Positions 37,901 to 50,531 of a DNA stretch of 64,000 bases are shown piece by piece. The stretch covers positions 62,001 through 126,000 of the forward strand of contig NW_026866095.1 in NCBI RefSeq assembly GCF_026571515.1, in the 5' to 3' direction. The notes beneath the pieces are model-generated. The model searched no databases, was not told the DNA's origin, and saw only the letters and a list, made by a program, of their open reading frames with translations. The stretch is from Ruditapes philippinarum. Its lineage: Eukaryota. Both the position numbers and the translations under genes were made by a program. Every line of letters starts with the position of its first letter. The first letter of the stretch is position 1.

Positions 37901-38865
37901 ATTTATTAAATTTGGAATTTTGGTCAGTTTTTACATTATTTATCTAAGCAATACACATACTATCTACTTATATGATGAATGCCAAATAAGTACTTGCAAA
38001 TAATTGTCTATTAATAGCCAATTAATATACCAAATACCTTAGAACATGTAAAGTCTAAACTACCATAAATATTAAAACATATATTGGCATGACAAAAGCC
38101 ACACTAATTTTCTGGTAAATATATTAAATAATTTTCACTACATCATAAACTATAGCACTTCTTTAAAATAGCATTGCACAAAAATATAAGTAGAACATGA
38201 ATTGAGACAGAAAAAACCAGGGGACATAAATTTTCCTTTTTATAAAACCATACCATTTAAATAGCTTTAAATTTGGTTATATTTTCATAATTATGTCATT
38301 TACAGTGTATTAAATACAGAGTTAGAGTATATGGCATACATGTGAACTTTTTTTGATAATCAAGTGGGCGATTTTTCTTCAAAAAGAGGGAGATTTTAGA
38401 ATTTGCAATAAACAAAGAAGAAAGTTCTGGCATCAAAAAGAGGGAGATTTCATTAATTTGTGAAAATACCCCTTATTTTAAGAAAAACCTTTGAAGATAT
38501 GGCTGCAGAAAGTGGGGGTCTCCGGCTAAGGTGGGAGAGTTCACATGTATGATACGGCCTTAATTGAAAATCTCTCTAAATTAGTTTTGATTTTTGTATC
38601 TTAAACATTTAGATAAATTAACCGGTATGTAATCTATATATCACAGTACAAGAAAAATTCTAATTGAACCCCATTCAATAATCTTTCTATATAATCTTCA
38701 AATTATTAGATTTCAAGAAAAAAAAAATATAATTAACTGTCAAAGATTTCAAGGCAGTTTTAAACATTAGATAAAATACCAGCTTATACCAGCTTTGAAT
38801 AAAAGTCTCATTCTCAAATAAATTAGAAAAAAAATTACATAATGCTGAAGAAATTTGATTTTAGT

Positions 38866-39087
38866 TTAATCCCAAACCTGCAGAATTTGTGTAATGGATT
38901 TGCCCAGCTTTAAATTTTTTAATTTAAAACAGTCAATTCCAACTTAAATGGATTTCAGTATTAAAATACAAAATTTGAGTGACCAACAGTATAAAGTCTG
39001 GTTAGACTGTATTGATGGGCCCACTGGACTGGCTTTATACTGGTGGCAAAGGCCAATTTATTTCAGTTCCAGCAGGTAAAGGGTTAA
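38866..39087. mobile_element. TTAA-type MITE copy
   Basis: cccaaacctgcagaa ... ccagcaggtaaagggttaa. Confidence 0.6.
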
Positions 39088-41624
39088 AGCCCATTTTCAT
39101 TTGGTTAGATTATTCTAATTGTAAAACTGTACACATCAAGTCTACCCTATCATCTACAATCAATAAACAACTTCTTCTCATGTATCCATTTTTAAACGAT
39201 AAAAACAATGTGACTGACCCTTTCCTAACTATATGTAATCACAACAAAAATAGACAATTTTCTTATAGTCTATGTTTCTAAGCATTTATGAGTAAAATCA
39301 TTCAGAAATATTACAATACAAAGATGTTTATGATTATACTTCCCGAGCAAACTACAGAGGTGGACAACAAATACAAAATTAACTTATTATTAGACATTGT
39401 TTGATATACATGTACAATGTAATTACAATACAATAAACGCATTGTAGATAGTATGCAACATTTCAGAAACCTAATTTATTCCAAGTTTTTTATTATCTTT
39501 GAAAAACAGTTGATCATTTTGCTAAAAGATTTTTCTAAAATTGTTTACAAGTTCAATTTCAATAATCATCTTGGTTCAGTCAAGTACTTATGTATCAAAT
39601 ATGGAAATACATTTTATGATTAGTATTCATTAAAGCAGTGCTTTGTATTTTTAACTCTAAGCTTGCTGATGGTAAATAATCTTATTTACATGACCATTGA
39701 AGACCAAGATCAGTCGAAATATCTATGCTATCTGATCATGGTCTGCACTGTTTGGTTTTCAGGGAGTACATATTTTGAAATTTTTCTGCAAAATGACAAA
39801 CAGTCCATTTTGAAAGGTGAAAAAGTCCATTTGTGATATTAATTGTGGTAAAGGTTAAAAAATACATGATATGTCTACATGACTTGCATTTTCATATTAC
39901 AATCACATTACATAAGAAAAGAAAATAGAACAATAGAAGCCTACTGTTACAGTGTAACTAACTGTTTGACACAACAAACATGCATACAAAACATTAAACT
40001 ATAATCACTCAACAAGCAACTGGCTTATTTGCTATCGCAAAAAAAAAGTTTATAGCTTTACCATACAAGTGTACAATTTTGAGTTTCAAATATAAAAAAT
40101 ATCACAGTCATTTTTTCAATCAATTATATATTTATCAATTCAAAGGAAATATATTAATTTTTTCTTTTCGAAATTTCTGGCAATTACCCTATACAGAAGC
40201 TCTCACTAAAATCTTTATAAAAAAGACCAAAATTACAAAAGAATGAATGAATGAGTAAAAACAACAAGATATGTACGGTATATAACAAGGTAAATGTGTA
40301 TAACCCCTAAGTAAGCATTTGAAAACTCAGGAATTGTGCAGTGATATTGCCTATCTCACCTATCTGTGGCTGTATTTGAACTTTTTTAATGAGGTTTAAA
40401 ATATAATGCCTTAGCACCCTATCCTCAAATTCATTTCTTTCAATTTGGTTTATACCATAAATTAAATTGGTCAGTTTACTTTAAATGTTGCTCTGCTGGA
40501 CATAAATTACACAGATTTAACAATACAATTTCACAATTCCTGCATTATTTTCACATTCCTGTTTTTAGGTTATACACAGTGAAGTTTAATACTAAAGATT
40601 TGTTTAAAGTTCAAGCTGATGAGATGAATAAAGTAACATATAGTTTGGTATATTAAACTGTGTCACTAGGCATCATTCTTTCCTTAATTGACATAAAACA
40701 ATCAATATATACTCTTTGAATGAAGCCCCCATTAATGACTTACCTAAGTCATCAGTACACAGCCCGGCCTGTCTGCATGTATATGTAGTCTGATCAGGTT
40801 CAATCAAGCATACTACCTTTAGACTGACTGGACTCTATACTATAGTGTACTTAATCTTAGTTTCTTTTTTACCAAACCATCTTATTTTGACAATTGAAAG
40901 TTCAAAAATTTAAAAGAGGACAAGTCCATTATATAAATTTAGCAATGTACAGGTTAATACATTTACACACTGAGGATGATGCCAACAATTACAGGTACAA
41001 GAATTCACTCAATGCCATCATAACTTTCAGTACACTCAGTCATAACCATGTTGCGTTTAAATTGTGACGTCTGATATGACCTGCACAACTGGAAGCTGAT
41101 CTGCGGTTTGGTATACACACATTCATAACACAGCATAAATTAACAACACAAAAAAAGCTCTTTGTAAATGGCAGTGATATTTCTCTTCACCTAATTTGAT
41201 ATATATAAATTACAACTCATTATCTACATAAATTACTATAAACATGTATATACATCAATTTTATTCTATTGGAACAAAACAAAAATATTAAGAACTCAAA
41301 CTACTCCACAATAAATGATGCAAAATGAAAAAAAAACAAAAACTTTATGACATAAGTTTTTCAAACAAGCTAAAATTGACCTAAATAAATGAAAGCAGAT
41401 TCAGAGTGAATCATCTGATTGATTGGTTAGAATTAAAAAAATATCTGAATTCAAAAATACTTTCCATCTTTTCGATACTGTTGGACCCAAAAGCAAAGTA
41501 AATTATACATGTATATAAAAAAGATGCAAATGTCCGAAAATTAATTAATGTTGCATGTTTAGGGAAATATAATGTTATATGATCTCAAATATGCTAGATT
41601 TTCTTTGCATAAATTAAAATCTAA

Positions 41625-42857
41625 AACAAGAGGGCCATAATGGCCCTGAGGTCGCTCACCTGTCAAGTGGCCCCTCAGTGGGGCCAGTTTAAACCCTAAG
41701 GCTTTTATTTGAACAAACTTGGAAGACACCCATTAGAAGATGTTTCATGTTGTTTAGTTTTTACTACACACATATAATGATGTTGTTTAGTTTTTACTAC
41801 ACACATATAATGAAAAACAATGACCTGCCCCCCCCCTCTGGCAGGGCCAATTTCAACCCAAGGGCTTTTATTTGAACAAACTTGGTAGACACCCATAAGA
41901 AGATGTTTCATGCTAAATATCTAAGCTCTAGCTCATTGGGTTTTTTAAAAGAAGAAATTTTATGTTTTTACTATACAAATATATCTAAAAACAATGACAC
42001 CCCAAGGGCGGGGTCAGTTTTGACCCCAGGGCTTTTATTTTGAACAAACTTTGTAGACACTTACTAGAAGATGTTTCATGCTTAATATCTAAACTCTAGC
42101 TATTTGGGTTTTTTCAAAGAAGATTTTTAAGTTTTTGCTATATACACATATAAGGAAAATTAATGACACCCGGGACGGGGCCAATTTTGACCCCAGGGCT
42201 TTTTATTTGAACAAACTTTGTAGACACTCACTAGAAGATGTTTCATGCTTAATATCTAAACTCTAGCTATTTTGGTTTTTTCATAGAAGATTTTTGAAGT
42301 TTTTACTATACACATATAAGGAAAATCAATGACCCCCGGGGCGGTGCCAATTTTGACCCCAGGGCTTTTATTTGAACAAACTTGGTAGACACCCATTAGA
42401 ACATGTTTAATGCTAAATATGTTAGCTCTAGCTCTTTGAGTTCTTTAAAAGAAGATTGTTTAAGTTTTTACTATATGCATATAGGGAAAATCAATGACCC
42501 CCGGGGCGGGGCCAATTTTGACCCCAGGGCTTTTATTTGAACAAACTTGGTAGACACTTATTAGAACATGTTTCATGCTAAATATCTTAGCTCTAACTCT
42601 TTTGGTTTTTTAAAAGAAGATATTTAAAGTTTTTTCTTTCGGTTGCCATGGCAACCAGAGTTCTGCATGGAATTAAATTCTTTGAACAATTTTTAAAGGT
42701 GACCACCAAAGGAACATTCCTGTGAAGTTTGGATGAAATTGGCTTAGTGGTTTATGAGGAGATGTCATTTAAAGTAAAAGTTTACGGACGGCCGGACGCC
42801 GGACGAAAAGCGATCACAAAAGCTTACCCTGTCACTTTGTGACAGGTGAGCTAAAAA
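41625..42857 (-). mobile_element. Helentron/HINE element with about 165-170-bp units, just 3' of the SPHK stop codon
   Basis: IR GCTCACCTGTCA/TGACAGGTGAGC, hairpin AGGGCCAT-A-ATGGCCCT, GGAC-type microsatellite, AACAAG end. Confidence 0.85.
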
Positions 42858-42983
42858 CTCAACAAATATTTGGCACATTAGAACTTGTATCATTGTAACC
42901 ACTACAAAATTCAAGCTTATCATTAACATTTCATGTAGATGTTTATAAAAAAGCATCTGCGGTTCTACAAAATAATTATTTGT

Positions 42984-43858
42984 TTACTGTATTGCCATCA
43001 AATTTGCAAGTCCTGGGAGCACCTGAGCTTGTAATGAATCAGAGTCGACCTTTTCCCCATCAACCATTATAATTCCTTCTCTACCCTGAGGTTCCAGACG
43101 AAATGCCAGAACTTTAACTAATTCAATATGTGGCGAGGGATGATCAATATGCGTTCCTTTCTCCAACATCCCCATCAACTGAATTAATTCCCCTTTCTGA
43201 ATCCCAGCCCTAACTATGCATAGATGAATAATACCATCACTAAAACGAGCATCAGGGGCCATAATTACATCACTTCCTAAATGTGTCTGATATGTTCCAC
43301 AAATAGTAACAAAGTCATCTTCAATAGTGACCCAGTTATCTGGCACAGGTTCATTGAGCGGAGGTAGAATGCATGGCACTTTTTGTCCAGGGACATTCGA
43401 CAGTTTCAACACTTCCTGAATGCTGTTTATACTGTTTGATTCTTTCATAGGTTTATCCGGTGGAGAAGACGACGTATCCATTTCTTCTGTAGAAAGAGAA
43501 AACTTGATCTCTTCATTTCCTTGATCCTCTTCATTTCCGTCTGCTTCAAAAACTTCTTCACTAAATTCTCGTGATATATATGATCCACGAATATCAGTTA
43601 ATTGTTCACCATTTTCAGCATCATCCATGATCTCATCAGGATCAGATTTACCTCGAAATAATTTTGTCGGCACCGATTTCGAACGAATTCTGAAATCATC
43701 ACCGCCACCCTGTTCAGCTACATTATCAAGGCTCTGAAAAGAAACTCTCCGGTTTTTCCCCTCCATGTTGATATTTTTAGTGTTGTTATTTATAGAAGCT
43801 TTTGGAATGTATTCAGATACAGGAAGGAAAGAAAGCTTGCATTTGTACTTCCGTAAGG
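42984..43858 (-). CDS. SPHK: SPHK terminal coding exon (SLRKYKCKLSFLP...acidic insert...VDGE...LMAIQ*)
   Basis: tttcag acceptor; frame continues into ORF 42984..43766; TAA stop. Confidence 0.95.
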
Positions 43859-45991
43859 CTGAAATAAAAACAAAAAATTCAAGGCTAAAAAAAATAAGGA
43901 AAAGTTATAAAGCTAATGCCTACAAATGTACTTTTTTCCACATATGCCTTACAAATAATTTATTTCCAAAACAAGAATAACAGACCATGGAGACTGTTAA
44001 ATCAAGTGTCACAGGGAGTTGGCCAATTCTGGCATCAGGTTGAAAAAATCTGATAGAAGTCCATTACAAAATATCTAAGCTACAAAACAGAAGAAAATTT
44101 TAAAATGTGTTCCTATATGAGCTTACATAGATCTATATCATTTTCAAGAGCCCGAGTAGAAAGGGTAACATAATTAATCAGAGCTAGCATTTAACCATAA
44201 TTTAAATTGTGCGGACATAAAAATCGTACAACATTCAAGACTGTTTAGTTTTGCTGCCTGATATATAAAGAATAAACAGTTTGATTTTCATAATCTAAGG
44301 TTGCTGTGTTTGTGATGTAAAAACTTACCCACTTTTGGATTATTATTTTTATTTTATATTCAATACAAAACTATATTGTACAGAATATAAAAACTGTAGA
44401 CCTAATATGATATGCAAAGAGCTGTTGACAAAAAGCATGGATGACATTAGTTTCTCTTGAAATAACCTTGACAATAAGTGCATTTGCTGACATTTATAGG
44501 GTTTGTGTCTGATCATCTAAAGTGAGCTGAGGTATCAGTGATTGATTAAAACTTCTTGCTTGTCTCTTTAATTTGGCTTTAAAAATGCAGTAACCTGTAT
44601 TGAAAATTCCTACAGTAGGAAATCCTAAGATTAACACATTCCAAAATAAATCAGAATTATACTGAGTTCCCAAAATGCTGGTCAAAAATCTTTATGGGAA
44701 TTTTCATCAAAGTGAAAATGAAAAAAGAATTTGCAAATACATGTACTGTACATGGTCCAGTCATCTTCTTGGATATAAAAAATAGCTCTTTCTAAAAAGG
44801 GTTAATTACTCCTCATAAATGACAAGGATATGATACCTGTACCTGTGTGTTACCATTTTATATCACACATATAACTTATTTTGATTCTTATCAGTTTTAA
44901 TTTTGAAAATTTAATTTTAGTTTAAAATAACATGAAATAACATGAACTGTCACAAAAACAGTGATAGTGGCATTTTAACATCTGAAGTTAATAATAAAAT
45001 GAACTGCACCATAAACCTTAACCAAGATGTCTATTAATGGCATATTCTTCAAACATTTGAGATAAAATCTGAAATTTTACAAGTACTTACAAAATATTCT
45101 CCTTATAGCTTGGAGAGTGAACCTGGCCTCTCCAATGGCACGGAACTGTTCACTCTCATAGTCGATGTCAGCAAGAAGGCCCCAGGCAAGAGATAGGAAG
45201 GAATATATCTGCTGTCTAGGTTGTTGTATCAGAACAAGGTCCATAGGAATGACACGATGTTTGATGAGAATAAATGTGGAATGTAACACAGCTTCAATCT
45301 GTACAGATTCACTGAAATGTATAAATTGTATGAATTAATTTTTGTATTGACATACTTAAAAAAGCACTATGTTCAAATGAAAGCCAGGCCCCAAAAGGGT
45401 GACCTCATCTTTAACCCTGTGACCTCTAAGAGGGTGTGGCAGGGATAGCTCATCAAGGTGTATGCATCTGTGCTGTTTGGAGGCTTTGGGCTTTCGTGGT
45501 CGAGGTAAAAATTTTCACAAGCAGAAAAACACAAAACATTGTCTAAAGATACAGGAGCAGAAACGTATTTACTTAATAAAAAAAAGCCATTATAACTAAT
45601 TTGAACACTTTTTTAAAATTCAAATTAACATTAAAACAAATCTGGAGATACTTTAAACATTGATAATACATTATGTGAAAACTCAGGTACTGACGGACTT
45701 TAATTTGCAGAATACCAAGCTCACAGTGTATTTGGCAGAAGAAAAAAATTTAGCAGCATTTGCCCTGTTTGAAATCAATCAGTACAGGGTAAAAACAACC
45801 AAATTTCAGACAAAAGCCAGCTGGTGCTCAAATAATGAGATTCCATAGTGCTTTGGTTTATTTAATTTTACATTTTGGCATTACAGAATATTGAAGAATA
45901 TATTGTTTTAAACATTGATACATCACTTATTGTGTTTTAAATAGAAGATATGGAGTTCATCATGAATATTATAAGACCTGTGGTATACCAA

Positions 45992-46025
<34 letters not shown>

Positions 46026-49000
46026 CCCTTTTTCCTGAACAACAATATTCCTACTTAGAGAAACAATAACTAATTTATGAGACTTAAACAGAAATAACTA
46101 AAATGTTTATTGTCTTATAAAGACAGGGTCATCAAAAAAAGACAAGTTAAACATGTACACAATATTGTAGCTTCCTATACATATTGGTGACTTCTTACAA
46201 GAAATATATATATTATACATATGCACTTACTACAGGGAAGTTTTCCCTGAACATGTATTTGATAAATAAAACTCCCTCAATACCCTTGAAACCTAGCAAT
46301 GAATACACTCAATGCCATTTACAAGTACAGCAATATTAAAAACAAATTCTTTTGTTGTTCTTTTTTTTTCAATCCTACAGTATAGCCAGCAATATTCAAG
46401 CTGAAAATATTTTTTTTGAATTTATGAAAAGTATAATATAAATGTATTAAAACTATGTCAAATCTGATAAACAAACAATAAACTACTTGTAAGGCCTGAG
46501 AGCTTGACATTTTAAGTCATCCTGTACATATCCCCCACTATAGACATCTAATGACAGTTTTAAATCTTCACTTCCTACTCAAATCACTTCCAGATTTGAC
46601 CCCCTTAAACCTGACATTTCATAACTTCATATATCTATACTGGCCTTTTTCCTTTCATATCTTTCATATAATATATATTTATATTTATACTATAGGTCAT
46701 GGTTTCTAGCTGTCCCGGTGAGTCACTGTTTTATTAAAATATCAGGCCATAAATATAGTGACACAACACTGAATGCAACAGTCCTAGAACTATCATCCCC
46801 CGTAACTTGCTGAGCAACACTGGAATAGTTGGTGACAAATGGGAGATTTAAATTTCATTGTTAAATATTTTCATAATGGTTAGTTATAGATAAAGCCAAC
46901 AACCTTACATATGTGAGGCCATCACTTGGAAATGTTTCAAGGTAACAATGACCAGTTCTACATGAAAACATTGTAAATCAATTACACAGATAATAGTATA
47001 TCAAGATTAACTTGTTTAATGTTACACCTCAAACACATTTTTGACCATTTATTTTGACACTGGACATTGGGTTTAAGCTCTTCTGCAAATTTTCAAATTC
47101 TTCTTCAAAGCAAACAGAAAAGGAAGAAAAACAAACATCCCTGTAATTCACACCAAATTGAAACTGGTTAAATTTCTTTTACATTTAACATATATAAATA
47201 TGGTATACAACTCTTTGTTTAAAACCAAGAAGTTTATTGCAATTATTTCCTTAAAACATTCCCTATCAAAGTGCATGCATCTTTGTCAAGTAGCAGGAAT
47301 TTGCCTGTTAACATAGCCCTTAGCCTTTAGTCAGAAACTGTATTTATCTATATGAACACTTCCTTGCCATCTGATCATGGTCTGCACTACTATTCACTCT
47401 GTATTCATTTTAAATTTTCCCTATATATGATGGACAGTCTTGTTCAAATTGAATGATGGACAAGTCCATTGAAGATATTTAGTATCTTAAGGGTTAAACA
47501 GTTAAAAGTCTAGTATCAGTTCAAACTACATGGAAGTTTATTCTTATGAGAAGAAGTGTCACTTGTGTTTATTTCAACAAATTTAATATGAAATGTGCCC
47601 TTGCTAATTTAATGAAGAAGAGCTTTATGACTGTTTGTTCGATATAAAAAACTTAACTATTGTCACATTAGAAGAGGTCTTGACATTAATGATCCATGCA
47701 ATTTGATCAATCAACTCACTGACAATGGCTCAATTTCATTATATTGGGCCTTGAATGACCTATAATCATTATCATGAAGACATGTGTGAAATTCTAAGAG
47801 AATACCTTCTTTGGGTATGGAGAACTTGTATGCCAAACCATGAAATTTAAGTTAAATCTGCTGAAAGTCTATTACAGAATTGTGTCTAAAAAAGTGGCCA
47901 AAATATCTGATCCCATAGACATGTGTGATGTTTCAAATTAATACTTTCAGTGCCTGACATTAAACGTGATGTTCATTAACAAAGGGGTATAATCCATTCA
48001 AAAACCCATTATCCATATTATGGATATTGTATTCTCAACTAAATATGTTATATGGTAAATGCTACAAGCAAAACTTCAACTAAGTTTACATTGTGTCAGA
48101 GTGAGTAGGTTAACCCCACTGTTCTTCATATCTACTGTTCTTCAAACAGTCAAGCTAAAAACGTGCAATAAAATGCACACAAGACAAGTCTATTATATAA
48201 CAATGGTGATGACAGAATTAACATTAAATAAATTACCCAGCTGAGTAGTTTATTGAGCAAGCTAGAGCATTTCCTGATCCCCCTGGTATACAACCAATTG
48301 GTGTCTTTATGGCATCTTGCCAATCGTCACGGTTCATTAAACCATTTATCACCTGTAGAAAAAAATATCAAAATCATTTTGACATATGTAAATTGATTAT
48401 CTGTATCATTGTGAACATTGATTAATATCAATGAAATCATATTTAATGAACACATCTTGTGGATACAGCAATGTTTTTGTACTAAAATCATTACCTTTAT
48501 TCATTACTAGCAACACTGATAGTCATTTAGTACTAGTAATTAATAATAGCATTATTCACTGATGATAAATATCATTGTAACTTCTTCCATTCAGCCAATT
48601 TAATCTAAAGTTGACGGAATTTGATCTCCAACCAAATTAACACAAAAAAAATCCAACATTTCTAAGATGAAAAGTCCTAATGCATTTCCCACTGAGCTTA
48701 TAATTTCTTGTGGACATCTGATTTTTATATAAAATGTAAACCATGGAATAAGTGTTGTTATATGAAAGTTCCACACTGTGTATTAATATGTATTATCTAA
48801 GGAGGAAACTATACAGTGGACATGATATATTTTATAACAATTTATTCTTTTTATGAACAGTATTCATAAGCATTTAACATTACAACTCTTTCTGTAATTG
48901 ACCATTACACTTTAGAAACAACATAATTGGACAATTTATAAATTTTATAAAAAAAACATTAGATATAGATTTATACCCTTTTTGGCAAAACCTTGTATTT

Positions 49001-50531
49001 AGAGAGTACATATATTGGTGGTAAACCAAATTCTGCCAATATATATCTTACAAACAAATAATACCCTGACAAGTCCAATTTGGTCATGATTTTATCAAAC
49101 TCTTAGCATGATCATTATATTTCTCTGTTTATTGTCAGGAAATCTGGAGCTCCTAGATATTAACGAGTCTACCAATTCTAACCATATCAATCTAAATCAA
49201 TAGTAGTTCTGAATGTTATTTCTTTCTTTTAACTGCAAATTGGCACAACGAAATGAACATTACTCTTCTGTTCCAACAACCCACTCCTATACTGTGCAGC
49301 ATTATTTAAACTAATGTCTTTTTAGGAGATAAATATGCACATAATCATTTATAACATAAATTTACTTTTGTAGGCTTTGAAAGGAATTTAGACATTTATG
49401 TGGCACTGTCAAAAACAATTTCTTTATGAAGGTTAATTCAAAGACATTGACCTTACCTCATAGATAAGACATTAACCATACCTCATAGATGAGACCTTAC
49501 CTCACAGATAAGTCATTGACCTTGCCTCATAGATAAGACATTGACCTTGCCTCATAGATAAGACATTGACCATACCTCATAGATAAGACATTGACCTTGC
49601 CTCATAGATGAGACCTTGCCTCATAGATAAGACATTGACCTTGCCTCATAGATATCAACCTTGCCTCATAGATAAGACATTGACCTTACCTCGTAAATAA
49701 GACCGTCTCCTGACACTATAACCACTCCATCATAATCTTTCCTATTCATTGATTTCATTAGTTCTGTGCCATGTCCTGCATGCTCTGTAATCATATATAA
49801 CCAAAATTTTATTACTCATTCCTGGTAAGACTAAATAAGAGATTTTTGCCAATACTGGCAAATTACTATATATAATATCATTTTATTGTCTCTCTCTCAC
49901 TCTCTCTGAGAAACATCTAAAATTGATATTGACACTAAGGAGGTCACTGGGCAATAAATATGCATTGTTGGTGTAAATTTCACAAAAGTTTGGTAACTTT
50001 CCAGTTCCAAAGGTTTTCAATATCATCCTACAACAGATTTCATACAGTTATATTATTATCCTTTTTCAAGTATAGATCAACATACATGTAGTTTTAAAAT
50101 CTTGCTATTTTGTATATTTAGCTTTTATTTATCAATATTCTTTGCATTAATTTTCTTCAGTTTTTTTGCTTGTATACTGAAATATTGTATGGTTCAAATA
50201 ATTGTTTACTAACTTCAATGTGAGATGATTCAAAATGATTGTCTTGGTAATATTTGTCATGTGGGGATCAACTAAGAAATATAGTTAACTTCCAATATAA
50301 ACAGAAATTTTAAAAACATACAGAAATTAAAACCTTGACTTGAAGGTTAAGAATATTAAAATATTGGAACATATCAATTACCAGTTTCTATAAGTTTGAC
50401 ATGGACATCAGCCTCATCCAGCATTGGGGCCACTTGTTTCTGATAAATCTGCATAGCTTTACCTGGACCACTATGTGGGTTCACTAGCACCAAAAATTTT
50501 ACTTTAGGAGGCACAGGACAATTGTCTACAT
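42984..50531 (-). CDS. SPHK: Sphingosine kinase (SPHK1/2 family), 5 exons, 5'-partial
   Basis: Spliced product has VLVNPHSGPGKA (C1), VIVSGDGLIYEVINGL (C2), IPGGSGNAL (C3), LSLAWGLLADIDYESEQFRAIGEARFT (C4) and MVDGE (C5); all junctions keep phase. Confidence 0.95.
45091..45311 (-). CDS. SPHK: SPHK exon (ESVQIEAVLH...GEARFTLQAIRRIF)
   Basis: tttcag acceptor, T|gtaagt donor; C4 motif. Confidence 0.95.
45992..46025. repeat. (AATC)n microsatellite
   Basis: About 8 copies. Confidence 0.9.
48237..48352 (-). CDS. SPHK: SPHK exon (VINGLMNRDDWQDAIKTPIGCIPGGSGNALACSINYSAG)
   Basis: ctacag acceptor, GG|gtaatt donor. Confidence 0.95.
49441..49703 (-). repeat. 25-bp (some 19-20-bp) minisatellite copied from the SPHK exon/intron donor junction
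   Basis: Minus-strand unit GTCTTATCTATGAG|G(T/C)A(A/T)GGTCAAT, 10 copies beyond the real junction. Confidence 0.92.
49690..49784 (-). CDS. SPHK: SPHK exon (EHAGHGTELMKSMNRKDYDGVVIVSGDGLIYE)
   Basis: ttacag acceptor, GAG|gtaagg donor; SGDG motif. Confidence 0.95.
50382..50531 (-). CDS. SPHK: SPHK exon (VDNCPVPPKVKFLVLVNPHSGPGKA...IET)
   Basis: ttacag acceptor, G|gtaatt donor on minus strand. Confidence 0.92.
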
